This document shows, in pieces, positions 33,465 to 44,226 of a stretch of 64,000 bases of DNA; the first letter of the stretch is position 1, and every line of letters starts with the position of its first letter. The DNA lies in contig JAGZOA010000009.1 in assembly GCA_018363335.1 (NCBI GenBank), positions 4,965 through 68,964 of the forward strand. The letters run 5' to 3'. Under the pieces are notes generated by a model. That model did not search any database and had not been told where the DNA came from. It was given only the letters and a program-made list of their open reading frames with translations. Both the position numbers and the translations under genes were made by a program. The DNA comes from Haemophilus parainfluenzae (lineage in GTDB: Bacteria > Pseudomonadota > Gammaproteobacteria > Enterobacterales > Pasteurellaceae).

Positions 33465-33480
33465 AAAAGACATGTCTTTT
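33465..33480. promoter_or_regulatory. 16-bp perfect palindrome AAAAGACATGTCTTTT in aspS/cmoA divergent region (unknown factor)
   Basis: Perfect dyad seen directly. Confidence 0.3.
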
Positions 33481-33556
33481 AAATTGAAAAGCGAAATTTA
33501 TTTGATCCTTTAAAAACTTTCACTAAAATGACCGCAGTTTTTTGCATTTTATCTAA

Positions 33557-34318
<762 letters not shown>

Positions 34319-34340
34319 TCATAATCCAATCAATAATCTA

Positions 34341-34372
34341 AAAAATAAGGGCGTATCAAATACGCCCTTATT
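34341..34372. terminator. bidirectional terminator AAGGGCGTA-tcaaa-TACGCCCTT between cmoA and the convergent membrane-protein gene
   Basis: 9-bp stem with T-tracts on both sides. Confidence 0.65.
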
Positions 34373-34385
34373 TGTCACCAATGCT

Positions 34386-37013
34386 TTATAGCCCTTTTAA
34401 ATCCTTATCTAATAAACGAGCTAGCAACAAAATACCGTCTTTAAAGCGATACTCTGCATATTCTGCTTGTGCATAATATTCACCTTTCCCTTCTGCAAAG
34501 AAATAATCTTGGCTTGGTAATTCAGGAAGCCAACCTTTATAACGAATTGGCAAATAAACATTTGGTGTGCAATGTTTAAAATCTGTTGGTATCTCTGATT
34601 GCGCCTCACAAAATGTCGCAACATGATTTTTATCAAGATGAACAAGGATATACGCTTTTTTTCCCGAAGGACTTGATTCATCTATACCAGTGGTTTCATT
34701 AGATTCAACAGTATCAATAGGTTCATTGCTATCAAGGGATTCATTCGATTCAGATAAAACCTGACTTTGCTGAAACTCAGATAAAATAGCGTAATTCAAT
34801 ACCATATAATCGCCTTGCATCAATGAACGAGGATCCACAGGGGCGATTTTTAAGACAACAGGCTTACCGGTAGCTAGCACATCTTCAAATTGCTGTACTT
34901 TATAGTTCACCGCCCCCAATAAGGCAATCACAAAGACACCAACAAGCCAAATCGGTGCTTTAAAAACAGAATGGTTTTCGACCGCACTTTGTGAAGGCGT
35001 TTTATAACGAGCATGCAAGAATAAAGTAACAATCGCAAAAATAACGGCAAAGCTCACTAACAATGCTCCTTTATAGAGCAATGGGATGCTCAATTGGTAA
35101 TAGAACCCACCTAAATAAACAACAAAGGCAAATACCAAAAGACCGAAGAACGCACGACTGTCTGTCCAATAAACGAGCAATAATAATGCTGTTAAATATA
35201 AAATGGCGGGTATTCCAACAAAGCCTAATGCAAACAAGCTTAATGCCAATAAAATTAGCACTGCTTCCGTGTGTTTGGATTCACTATGCTTATTCATTAG
35301 TGCATAGACAATTAACGGTAATGCACAGATAAGCAGATATAAGATATGGCTAACATCAAACTGAAAGTGTGTCCAAAATTGTCTACTTAAAACTTGCAAT
35401 ACATTATCAAGATTCATCGTGTCTGCTGACATGACATCACTTGAAACATCTGTATCAATAAGACCATAATCTACCCAAGGAAGCGCCATATACGACGGCA
35501 TAGAGATCCATAGAGAGAATAATACGGTTCCCCAAGCAATAGGCTTTAAATGAATTCGCGCTGATTGATTAGGTCGCATGACCCAATAAAAGAGTGCAAT
35601 CGAAATCAGTAGCTGAATTTTATTAAACCATGCGTTATTAAACCATATGTCATTCAAGCTGTAATTATGGAAATATAGATTATAGGAAACTTGCCAATAA
35701 ACGAGAAGCTGGACAACCAATAAAATTCTCACCAAAGAATTCGGCATCAATTTGTAGCTAACGATAATAATGGCTGTAAAAATCAGTGTGGAGATAAAGA
35801 TAGCGAAATTTGAACCTTCTCTATATTCATATCCGAATAAAAGAAAAAAATCATTAAATTTAACAAGCAAATAGAACCCTAAAAAACTATTTGCGATCAG
35901 AAAAAATAAACCTGCTAAAATTGTAGTGTATTCCTTTTTATCTTCATTTAAGGTAATCGACCAAGCTATACCAAATAAAAGAATACCAACAATGAATGTA
36001 CTAGACTTATCTAAACCTAAAGAAAAAAATAACCAAACGCCTATCGTCACTAGCGCTGTCAATAAAGCTATCATCCATAGTATTGAAATCGCCCAATGGA
36101 ATTTCTTATTATTTGGATATTCTTGTTTATAGCGTTTCACTAACCACTTGATTGCCATGACTGTGAAAATAAAGCCAATCAATCCTAAAACCACCCCCTC
36201 TTCTACACCACGAATCAAAAGAGATGCCAAAAAGCAATAAGCGCCAAGTAAGGCTATGACTGAAATAATTAAATTAATAAAATCAAAGCGATATTTGTGA
36301 TATACATAAAGTGCGATTAAGGCAGGAATAGCAATTAGCAAAGAACTGAGTGATGAACGACCAAGCTCACCCCAAGCATAAGCATAAAAGTACACATCAT
36401 AAATTACTATTAAACCGAATAAACTGGCAAAAGTCAGTACTAGAAATACTTTGGGTAAAATACGCCAATGTTGATCATGAAAAGTTTTACTGAATAATTC
36501 CGATATCACAAGTAATCCAGCATTAATCAACACGGCATAACACATTGAGTTATGCGAGTTTTGTTCATTAAATAAATAAAACGCAACATTGGCGGTGGCG
36601 GCAAATAATAATGCAGAGGCCACATTCGGAAATAATAATAAAAGTGGAAGTTGGCAAAGTGTCCAAACAGCAAATAACTGCCATACATCGGCCCCTGTTT
36701 GATAGGTTTGGCCGACTAAGGCAAATAAACCGCCAATCAAGACAGAAACAACAAAAAAGAGGCTATATGTCTTCCACTTTAATTTTTCTTTGGCTTGTCG
36801 ACGACTCTCTCGAATAAAGCAATAAATACCTAATACCACTGTCACCACAAGCAATGTTTGTAAGCCATAAATTTTGGCTAAATCAGAAAAATAATCTAAA
36901 TTAGCTGCAATTAACGTGACTACTCCACTCGTTAAAAATCCGACGGTTAATAATAAAAACAGTAAATTTAAATAACGTTGCCAAGAAAGATTAAAAAGGC
37001 CTGTTGTATTCAT
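34386..37013 (-). CDS. large polytopic membrane protein with C-terminal soluble domain carrying GDYxxLxY motif (DUF2157/DUF4401/GDYXXLXY-type architecture)
   Basis: 875 aa, more than 20 predicted TM helices, C-terminus ...DPRSLMQGDYMVLNYAI...; contains internal USS, so native. Confidence 0.55.
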   Translation of the reverse strand: MNTTGLFNLSWQRYLNLLFLLLTVGFLTSGVVTLIAANLDYFSDLAKIYGLQTLLVVTVVLGIYCFIRESRRQAKEKLKWKTYSLFFVVSVLIGGLFALVGQTYQTGADVWQLFAVWTLCQLPLLLLFPNVASALLFAATANVAFYLFNEQNSHNSMCYAVLINAGLLVISELFSKTFHDQHWRILPKVFLVLTFASLFGLIVIYDVYFYAYAWGELGRSSLSSLLIAIPALIALYVYHKYRFDFINLIISVIALLGAYCFLASLLIRGVEEGVVLGLIGFIFTVMAIKWLVKRYKQEYPNNKKFHWAISILWMIALLTALVTIGVWLFFSLGLDKSSTFIVGILLFGIAWSITLNEDKKEYTTILAGLFFLIANSFLGFYLLVKFNDFFLLFGYEYREGSNFAIFISTLIFTAIIIVSYKLMPNSLVRILLVVQLLVYWQVSYNLYFHNYSLNDIWFNNAWFNKIQLLISIALFYWVMRPNQSARIHLKPIAWGTVLFSLWISMPSYMALPWVDYGLIDTDVSSDVMSADTMNLDNVLQVLSRQFWTHFQFDVSHILYLLICALPLIVYALMNKHSESKHTEAVLILLALSLFALGFVGIPAILYLTALLLLVYWTDSRAFFGLLVFAFVVYLGGFYYQLSIPLLYKGALLVSFAVIFAIVTLFLHARYKTPSQSAVENHSVFKAPIWLVGVFVIALLGAVNYKVQQFEDVLATGKPVVLKIAPVDPRSLMQGDYMVLNYAILSEFQQSQVLSESNESLDSNEPIDTVESNETTGIDESSPSGKKAYILVHLDKNHVATFCEAQSEIPTDFKHCTPNVYLPIRYKGWLPELPSQDYFFAEGKGEYYAQAEYAEYRFKDGILLLARLLDKDLKGL

Positions 37014-37181
37014 TCATTTTTTCCTTTTTATAAAAAGATCCGTATTATCTTAGCATAATAGTAAGGTAAATAAATAACTTAAAAAATGTAATGTGATTTA
37101 CCCGAGTTTCGAAGATTAATTCGCGCCACATCGCATTTTATGGTAGAATTTTCAGTCTGAAGATATATAGGGGATAACAAA

Positions 37182-37589
37182 ATGCAAATTTTACACACAA
37201 TGCTTCGAGTAGGTGATTTAGACCGCTCTATTAAGTTTTATCAAGATGTTTTAGGTATGCGTTTATTGCGTACGAGTGAAAACCCAGAATATAAATATAC
37301 GCTTGCTTTTTTAGGTTACGAAGATGGCGCAAGCGCTGCAGAAATTGAATTAACATACAACTGGGGCGTAGATAAATATGAACAAGGTACAGCATATGGA
37401 CATATTGCTATCGGCGTTGATGATATTTATGCTATTTGTGAAGCAGTTCGTGCAAGTGGTGGTAAAGTGACTCGCGAACCAGGCCCTGTTAAAGGTGGTA
37501 CAACCGTTATTGCTTTCGTTGAAGATCCAGATGGCTATAAAATTGAATTTATCGAAAATAAAAGCTCAAAATCTGGTCTAGGCAATTAA
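37182..37589 (+). CDS. gloA: lactoylglutathione lyase (glyoxalase I)
   Basis: 135 aa, [20 protein letters not shown] matches GloA. Confidence 0.95.
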   Translation: MQILHTMLRVGDLDRSIKFYQDVLGMRLLRTSENPEYKYTLAFLGYEDGASAAEIELTYNWGVDKYEQGTAYGHIAIGVDDIYAICEAVRASGGKVTREPGPVKGGTTVIAFVEDPDGYKIEFIENKSSKSGLGN

Positions 37590-37622
37590 TTAAAAGTGCG
37601 GTTGATTTTTTCGCTCTTTTAT

Positions 37623-37651
37623 AACGCAGGGTTACCTGCGTTATTTATTTT
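37623..37651 (+). terminator. gloA terminator AACGCAGG-gtta-CCTGCGTT plus TTATTTATTTT
   Basis: Stem-loop with U-tract. Confidence 0.65.
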
Positions 37652-37663
37652 AAAGGATACAAT

Positions 37664-38353
37664 ATGTCCAATTCTCAAGAAATTCCTTATCACCACCAAT
37701 TAAAAAATCGTTTTCGCGGCTACTTTCCTGTCATTATTGATGTGGAAACAGCGGGATTTGATGCAAAAAAAGATGCGCTTTTAGAGCTTGCGGCAATCAC
37801 CTTAAAAATGGATGAGAATGGCAATTTACAACCTGACCAAAAATGCCATTTTCATATTGAACCATTTGAGGGGGCGAATATTAATCCCGAATCTCTCAAA
37901 TTTAATGGGATTGATATTCACAATCCATTGCGTGGTGCCGTATCTGAATTAGATGCGATCACGGGATTGTTCCAAATGGTGCGTCGTGGACAAAAAGATG
38001 CAGAATGTCAGCGTTCTATCATCGTGGCACATAATGCGGCTTTTGACCAAAGCTTCGTGATGGCTGCGGCTGAACGTACGGGTGTAAAACGCAATCCATT
38101 CCACCCTTTTGGAATGTTTGATACGGCAACACTTGCAGGTTTTATGTTTGGGCAAACGGTGCTCGTCAAGGCGTGCCAAGCGGCAAAAATTCCTTTTGAT
38201 GGCAAACAAGCACACTCCGCACTATATGATACTGAACGTACCGCAGAATTATTTTGCTATATGGTCAATCATTTAAAAAATCTCGGGGGATTCCCACATA
38301 TTGCTCAAACAGATGAAACGGAAAAAACAGATGAAAATCAGACCGCACTTTAA
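37664..38353 (+). CDS. rnt: ribonuclease T
   Basis: 229 aa DEDDh exonuclease ([12 protein letters not shown]..., HSALYD). Confidence 0.9.
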   Translation: MSNSQEIPYHHQLKNRFRGYFPVIIDVETAGFDAKKDALLELAAITLKMDENGNLQPDQKCHFHIEPFEGANINPESLKFNGIDIHNPLRGAVSELDAITGLFQMVRRGQKDAECQRSIIVAHNAAFDQSFVMAAAERTGVKRNPFHPFGMFDTATLAGFMFGQTVLVKACQAAKIPFDGKQAHSALYDTERTAELFCYMVNHLKNLGGFPHIAQTDETEKTDENQTAL

Positions 38354-38378
38354 TTTTTAAAATTTTTTAGAAAAAAAC

Positions 38379-38407
38379 TTGCAATCATTTCCGGTTTACC
38401 GTATTTT
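38379..38407 (+). promoter_or_regulatory. sigma70-like promoter TTGCAA-N17-TATTTT upstream of leader peptide
   Basis: Hexamers read directly. Confidence 0.45.
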
Positions 38408-38449
38408 AAAAAGTAATTCAATTTAGTTATCTAAATAAGAGAGTTTCAA

Positions 38450-38494
38450 ATGAACTTTATCCTTCGTCACCATCATCGCCATTCAACTGAATAA
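38450..38494 (+). CDS. putative 14-aa leader peptide MNFILRHHHRHSTE (4 His codons in 5, CAC CAT CAT CGC CAT) with SD AAGAGAG
   Basis: Short ORF with SD 8 nt upstream; His-codon run; followed by alternative pairing segments and a terminator. Confidence 0.45.
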   Translation: MNFILRHHHRHSTE

Positions 38495-38563
38495 TCTTTC
38501 AGGCTGTTGGCGTGCTTGGAAGATTTCTTCCGAGCTGACAAGATAAAGATCAAAAAAATCTTA

Positions 38564-38598
38564 CCCCTCGGAAGGCAACTTTCGAGGGGTTTTGTTTT
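38564..38598 (+). terminator. attenuator terminator CCCCTCG(g)AA...TTCGAGGGG plus TTTTGTTTT; 5' arm (CTCGGAAG, 38567-38574) can alternatively pair with CTTCCGAG (38527-38534)
   Basis: Complementary segments identified directly; classic antiterminator/terminator arrangement about 100 nt upstream of transporter gene. Confidence 0.5.
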
Positions 38599-38700
38599 AT
38601 TATTAATTTACAGGAGTTTATTACTATGCGACATTTAATCTTAAATCAATTTTCTTTTACGCGACCTTTTTCTTTTAATTAATCAATAAGGAACAACAAT

Positions 38701-40053
38701 ATGTTATCGAATCCCGTTGTTATTTCAATTGTCGTGCTACTGGCGTTAAGCTTGCTGCGCGTAAACGTGGTTATCGCACTTGTGATTTCCGCTCTAACTG
38801 CAGGCTTATGTGGTGACTTAGGTTTAAGTAAAACCATTGAAGCCTTTACAGGTGGTTTAGGTGGTGGTGCTGAAGTAGCGATGAACTACGCCATGTTAGG
38901 CGCATTTGCCATTGCGATTTCAAAATCTGGCATCACTGATTTGCTTGCCTACAAAATCATTACCCGAATGAATAAAACACCAACCGGCAAAAATTTAGCT
39001 TGGTTTAAATATACGCTACTTAGTATTTTACTTTTATTCGCCATTTCATCCCAAAACTTACTCCCAGTGCACATTGCGTTTATCCCGATTGTTGTGCCAC
39101 CGCTACTTTCTATTTTTAACCGTTTAAAAATCGACCGTCGTGCAGTCGCTTGTATTATTACCTTCGGTTTAACGGCAACCTATATGATCTTACCGGTTGG
39201 TTTCGGGAAAATCTTTATCGAAAGCGTTTTAGTAAAAAATATCAATCTTGCTGGTGCATCACTCGGTTTACAAACCAGTGTAGGTGAAGTTTCTTTTGCT
39301 ATGCTTATCCCTGTGATTGGTATGATTCTTGGTTTACTCACCGCTGTATTTGTTACCTATCGCAAACCGCGCGAGTATGTGGTGACAACGGCAGAACCAA
39401 CTACAGCTGAAATTGAACAACACATTGCAAACATTAAACCTATTCAAATTACCGCAAGTGTGATCGCCATTGTCGCGACTTTTGCTACACAGCTTTTCAC
39501 AAGCTCTACAATTATTGGTGGTTTAGTTGGTTTAGCAATTTTCGGTGTATTCGGTATCTTCAAACTCAAGGAAAGTAACGATATTTTCCAACAAGGCTTA
39601 CGTTTAATGGCAATGATCGGCTTTGTTATGATTGCTGCCTCTGGTTTCGCTAATGTGATTAATACCACAAGCGGTGTGAAAGAGTTAGTTGATGCACTTT
39701 CAACCGGTGCAATTCAAAGTAAAGGCGTTGCGGCATTCTTAATGTTACTTGTTGGGTTATTGATTACCATGGGTATTGGTTCTTCTTTCTCTACTGTACC
39801 AATTATCACCTCAATTTATGTACCACTTTGTCTCTCTTTTGGCTTCTCACCACTTGCGACAGTGGCTATCGTAGGTGTAGCAGCAGCATTAGGAGATGCG
39901 GGTTCACCGGCTTCTGACTCAACACTTGGGCCGACATCCGGTTTGAATATAGATGGTAAACACGACCACATTTGGGATTCTGTTGTGCCAACCTTTATTC
40001 ACTACAATATCCCATTATTAGCGTTCGGTTGGATTGCAGCCATGACCCTTTAA
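38701..40053 (+). CDS. IT-superfamily permease (NhaC/YuiF-like Na+/H+ antiporter family); candidate histidine transporter
   Basis: 450 aa, about 11-12 TM; N-terminal LLRVNVVIALVISALTAGLCGDLG...GGLGGGAEVAMNYAMLGAF pattern typical of NhaC/GntP-type ion-transporter-superfamily carriers. Confidence 0.55.
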   Translation: MLSNPVVISIVVLLALSLLRVNVVIALVISALTAGLCGDLGLSKTIEAFTGGLGGGAEVAMNYAMLGAFAIAISKSGITDLLAYKIITRMNKTPTGKNLAWFKYTLLSILLLFAISSQNLLPVHIAFIPIVVPPLLSIFNRLKIDRRAVACIITFGLTATYMILPVGFGKIFIESVLVKNINLAGASLGLQTSVGEVSFAMLIPVIGMILGLLTAVFVTYRKPREYVVTTAEPTTAEIEQHIANIKPIQITASVIAIVATFATQLFTSSTIIGGLVGLAIFGVFGIFKLKESNDIFQQGLRLMAMIGFVMIAASGFANVINTTSGVKELVDALSTGAIQSKGVAAFLMLLVGLLITMGIGSSFSTVPIITSIYVPLCLSFGFSPLATVAIVGVAAALGDAGSPASDSTLGPTSGLNIDGKHDHIWDSVVPTFIHYNIPLLAFGWIAAMTL

Positions 40054-40091
40054 TCGTTATAATCCCTGCATACATTATGCGGGGATTTTTT

Positions 40092-40673
40092 ATGTCTATT
40101 CAATCATTACTCAATACGCTCGAGCAAAAAGTACAGCAACTGACTCAAGCCTATCAAACTGACTCTGATAAAAAAATCAACGCGAAATTTAACCGCACTT
40201 TATTTACCGAAGATTTTGAAACCGTCGGTTTTTATCTCAAAGAAATCCAGCAGAGCTTAACTAAGCTATCTAATATCCTCCATCAAAATGAAGAGCAAAT
40301 TGTATTTATGGCAGAACATCTTTTAGGGCAATGTACCGTCTTGACTGAAGCCATGAATCGCAAGCATAAAAAGCCCATTCAACCTAAAATAGCAGAGCCA
40401 CAAGTTGCAAGTAGTAAATCACAACATAGCATTCATCGTCTCCCTCCTAGAGAGCGTCTAGAAAAGTATTATGAAGCCTTGCAGCAACTCACGGAAAAAT
40501 ACGAAGAAGCCAAAGCACAAGCTAATACGGCTCAAACAGATATTCAACGAGATATGCATAAGCAAACAGCCTCAATTTATTTAACGCGTCGTCAAAAATG
40601 TTTAGAAGCGATTGAGACCTTAGAAGAATACCTTGCCTTTAAAGAGGCCCAAGAAAGTGCGGTCAAAAAATAA
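40092..40673 (+). CDS. priC: primosomal replication protein N'' (PriC)-like (ORF track 39972 start is too far upstream; start at MSIQSLL)
   Basis: FNRTLFTEDF / FMAEHLLGQ segments resemble E. coli PriC FDRHLFQT / WLAEHLAAQ; basic helical protein about 194 aa. Confidence 0.45.
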   Translation: MSIQSLLNTLEQKVQQLTQAYQTDSDKKINAKFNRTLFTEDFETVGFYLKEIQQSLTKLSNILHQNEEQIVFMAEHLLGQCTVLTEAMNRKHKKPIQPKIAEPQVASSKSQHSIHRLPPRERLEKYYEALQQLTEKYEEAKAQANTAQTDIQRDMHKQTASIYLTRRQKCLEAIETLEEYLAFKEAQESAVKK

Positions 40674-40700
40674 GATATTTTTTAATAGACTGAAAAGTAA

Positions 40701-40734
40701 AAATCCCTAAATCTTTCGATTTAGGGATTTTTTG
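40701..40734 (+). terminator. terminator AAATCCCTAAATC-tttcg-ATTTAGGGATTT plus TTTG
   Basis: 12-bp stem. Confidence 0.65.
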
Positions 40735-40741
40735 AATTTGA

Positions 40742-40831
40742 TGGCGGAGGAAGTGAGATTCGAACTCACGGAGGGCGTAAACCCTCGCCGGTTTTCAAGA
40801 CCGGTGCCTTCAACCACTCGACCATTCCTCC
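40742..40831 (-). tRNA. tRNA-Ser (UGA), long variable arm
   Basis: GGAGGAAUGGUCGAGUGGUUGAAGGCACCGGUCUUGAAAACCGG... anticodon loop CUUGAAA; near-identical to E. coli tRNA-Ser(UGA). Confidence 0.85.
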
Positions 40832-40986
40832 GTGATTTAAGCGAGGTGAATAATACGTTTTTTCCCCCACCCCGTCAAGCAAGAAAATAAAAAAATTATC
40901 TGACTGACTACTTTTAAATCACAATGTTTTAAAAATACACAAAATAAAAAACGGAACCTACTGGCTCCGTCTTTATTATTGAGATA

Positions 40987-43806
40987 TTACTCTGCTTTCG
41001 CTTGTGTCGCTTCAGAATAAATATGACTAATTGCACTATGATGGCCTGCGGCGCCTTTACCGTTAAAGTAATAGCGAGACTCCGTCCATTCTACAATTGG
41101 GAATGGTTTAGACTCTTCATCTGGTGCTTTAGCTAATGTCATCGCTGCTTTAGTGTGTTGTACCGCTGAAATGGTACCTGCACGACCAGTGAACACATAA
41201 GAGCGAACAAACTCTGTTTTCTCTTGTGGTTCAACTTCAGCTGTTTCGACTTGAACAACAGGCTCTGATTTATGATGCAAGCGTTCTAATGATTCTTGCA
41301 CTTTCTGTTGCACAGCCTCATTTGCCGGTTGAGTAATGAAATCTAACGCTGGTTGTGCTTCAACTGATTTCTCTTCCACGACAATACCTGTTGCCGGGGT
41401 AATTACACCTTTTTTCGTTTTTTCTTGCTCAAGCAATTCATCCACAGATAAGAAATTGCTTTCTTTCGCTGCATTCACAGCAGAATAATCGATGCATACT
41501 TTACCGCTTGCTAATTCAGGTGAAGCAACTGCCGCAAATAATGGCATTGGTGACTTCACTTCATTACGACGACGACGTTGATTATTCGATGTACGTAAAT
41601 GACGTGGAGTACGACGCTGACGTTCTTGACGTGGTTTATCTTCAGCATTATCAGCAACATTGTTTTCAACCACTTCATTTTGAACAGTCTCAACAACGGG
41701 TACTTCAACCGCTTCAATAACATTCTCGTTTACATCAGTTGCATTGTCATCAATACGAACACGTTTACGTAAATCACGACGTTGACGACGCTCTGCTACC
41801 GGTTTCTCTGCTTTTTCCTCTTGACGATTATCATCAGAAACATTAGCAAAATTAACCGCACTTTCAGATGTCACTTCTTCATTCGCGTTACGACGATTGC
41901 GACGATTATTTACACGCTCGCGAGTTGGACGCGCATTTTCTTCATCTGTATTTTTCGCATTATCGTTGTTTTCGTTATTGCGAGAACGGCGATTATTACG
42001 ACGATCTTGATTACGACGATTATTACGATTGCTATTACGATTGTTGCGGTTATTTTGGTTTTTCTCTTCTTCTTTTGGTTCAGAAGCAAATAAACCTTTA
42101 ATTGCGGCAACAATTTTTGCAAACAATGACGGTTCTTCTGATTTACGCTCAACTGGTGCTGGTGCAGCCGTTGGAATCGATAGAGATACTGCTGCACTTT
42201 CCATCACTTGCTCAGATGTCACTGCTGCCGTTTCGATATTGCGAGAAACAAGAGACTCTTCTGGTACAAATGTATCGTCTTGTGCATCATGGAATTTGGT
42301 TAAGTTATAGCTTAATTCGTTAAGCTCTTCGCCTTCACGAACACGGAATACGCTGAAATGCGGGGTTTCCATTGCTTCATTTGGCACGACGATAATATCA
42401 ACATCATGACGTTTTTCGATGCTATGAACGGCTTTACGTTTTTCGTTAAGTAAGTAAGACGCAATTTGTACAGGCACGATAGTGTGTACTTGTTTGGTGT
42501 TTTCTTTTAACGCTTCTTCTTCGATTAAACGTAAGATAGAAAGAGATAAACTTTCGTTATCACGTACTTTACCCGTACCTTGACAGCGTGGGCAAACATG
42601 GTGAGAAGACTCACCTAATGACGGGCTTAAACGCTGACGCGACATTTCCAATAAGCCGAAGCGAGAAATACGGCTGATTTGAATACGCGCACGGTCTTGA
42701 CGTACCGCATCACGAATACGGTTTTCAACTTCACGTTGGTGACGAACTGGTGTCATATCGATGAAATCGATGACCACTAAACCACCTAAGTCACGTAAAC
42801 GTAATTGACGAGCAATTTCATCCGCTGCTTCAAGGTTGGTATTTAATGCGGTTTCTTCAATATCACCACCACGAGTTGAACGCGCCGAGTTGATATCGAT
42901 CGCCGTTAACGCTTCTGTCACATCAATGACAATTGAACCACCTGAAGGTAAACGCACTTCACGCTGGAAGGCGGATTCAATTTGTGACTCAATTTGATAG
43001 TGGCTAAATAGCGGCACTTCGCCTTGATACAGTTTCACACGATTGATGAAATCTGGGCGTACAAGCTTGATGTGTGCTTTCGCTTTTTCAAATACTTTCG
43101 GGCTATCAATTAAGATCTCACCGATATCACGACGCAAGTAATCACGGATCGCACGAACGATGACATCACTTTCTTGGTGAATTAAGAACGGCGCCGGACG
43201 ACTTTGTGAAGCTTGTTTGATCGCTTCCCAATGATGTAAAAGTACTTTTAAGTCCCATTGTAATTCTTCTGGTGATTTACCCACACCCGCTGTACGCACG
43301 ATAAGGCCAACGCCTTCTGGTACATCTAAAGAACTCAATGCTTCTTTTAATTCGATACGTTCATCGCCTTCGATACGGCGAGAGATACCACCTGCACGCG
43401 GATTGTTTGGCATAATCACCAAATAACTACCTGCAAGGGAAACAAAAGTGGTTAAGGCTGCGCCTTTATTGCCGCGTTCTTCCTTGTTCACCTGAACGAT
43501 CACTTCTTGGCCTTCAGTCAAAATATCACGGATATTTGGACGACCTTGGAACACATAATCAGCAGGGAAATACTCGCGGGCAATTTCTTTTAAAGGAAGG
43601 AAGCCATGGCGCTCTGCACCATAATCTACAAAGGCAGCTTCTAAACTCGGCTCTACGCGAGTGATTTTTCCTTTGTAAATATTCGCTTTTTTCTGTTCAT
43701 GACCCGGACTTTCAATATCCAAGTCGAATAAACGTTGGCCATCGACCAACGCAACGCGCAACTCTTCTTTTTGAGTCGCATTGATTAACATTCTTTTCAT
43801 TGTCAA
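40987..43806 (-). CDS. rne: ribonuclease E
   Basis: 939 aa; conserved N-terminal catalytic half (S1, DNase I-like, Zn-link CPRCQGTG), Arg-rich low-complexity C-terminal scaffold. Confidence 0.95.
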   Translation of the reverse strand: MTMKRMLINATQKEELRVALVDGQRLFDLDIESPGHEQKKANIYKGKITRVEPSLEAAFVDYGAERHGFLPLKEIAREYFPADYVFQGRPNIRDILTEGQEVIVQVNKEERGNKGAALTTFVSLAGSYLVIMPNNPRAGGISRRIEGDERIELKEALSSLDVPEGVGLIVRTAGVGKSPEELQWDLKVLLHHWEAIKQASQSRPAPFLIHQESDVIVRAIRDYLRRDIGEILIDSPKVFEKAKAHIKLVRPDFINRVKLYQGEVPLFSHYQIESQIESAFQREVRLPSGGSIVIDVTEALTAIDINSARSTRGGDIEETALNTNLEAADEIARQLRLRDLGGLVVIDFIDMTPVRHQREVENRIRDAVRQDRARIQISRISRFGLLEMSRQRLSPSLGESSHHVCPRCQGTGKVRDNESLSLSILRLIEEEALKENTKQVHTIVPVQIASYLLNEKRKAVHSIEKRHDVDIIVVPNEAMETPHFSVFRVREGEELNELSYNLTKFHDAQDDTFVPEESLVSRNIETAAVTSEQVMESAAVSLSIPTAAPAPVERKSEEPSLFAKIVAAIKGLFASEPKEEEKNQNNRNNRNSNRNNRRNQDRRNNRRSRNNENNDNAKNTDEENARPTRERVNNRRNRRNANEEVTSESAVNFANVSDDNRQEEKAEKPVAERRQRRDLRKRVRIDDNATDVNENVIEAVEVPVVETVQNEVVENNVADNAEDKPRQERQRRTPRHLRTSNNQRRRRNEVKSPMPLFAAVASPELASGKVCIDYSAVNAAKESNFLSVDELLEQEKTKKGVITPATGIVVEEKSVEAQPALDFITQPANEAVQQKVQESLERLHHKSEPVVQVETAEVEPQEKTEFVRSYVFTGRAGTISAVQHTKAAMTLAKAPDEESKPFPIVEWTESRYYFNGKGAAGHHSAISHIYSEATQAKAE

Positions 43807-44160
43807 TTTCTCATTTGAATTATCTAAAATACCTTGAAAATTAACCGCACTTTACAGATTTACTGACCTTAGCCATCGACCTCGTGTTTCTCGCGAACAG
43901 TCAATCTCACGACTGTGTGTTGCTGGGTGCATTGATAGCATACTCAATTGTTATCTAAGACAATTTTCGTAAAACAATACGATGTGTTAATTACGCATTG
44001 CAAGGAAGCGTCAATCCTCAAGAAAAACATGTTGATTATCAATGTCTTATGCCATTTGCTGCATTGAGTTTTGACCAACATACAAAATCGCTTTCTAAAT
44101 GCCAAATTTTAGGCGCAGAAAGACGCTCTATTATCCACATTCGGGGCTAAATTAGCAAGG
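43807..44160 (-). promoter_or_regulatory. long rne 5' leader/promoter region (autoregulatory 5' UTR expected)
   Basis: About 420-bp non-coding gap between divergent rne and rluC; E. coli rne has a long structured autoregulatory 5' UTR. Confidence 0.4.
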
Positions 44161-44226
44161 CATTCTTGCTATTATCACCAGGGATATTGTGATATGATTC
44201 AGCCCAATTTTTAAAGGACAGATTCA

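Noticed and set aside
33465-33480. Palindrome AAAAGACATGTCTTTT as a MetJ met-box
   Set aside because: Met-boxes are tandem 8-mers AGACGTCT; this is AGACATGTCT with a 2-bp insertion, so not MetJ.
40742-40831. Long-variable-arm tRNA initially considered as tRNA-Sec
   Set aside because: Anticodon loop CUUGAAA gives anticodon UGA (Ser), not UCA. Sequence is near-identical to E. coli tRNA-Ser(UGA).
41508-42323. ORFs inside rne (41782-42093, 41868-42101, 41910-42197, 42029-42323)
   Set aside because: Alternative-frame or antisense readings of the Arg/Asn-rich low-complexity RNase E scaffold region; implausible compositions.
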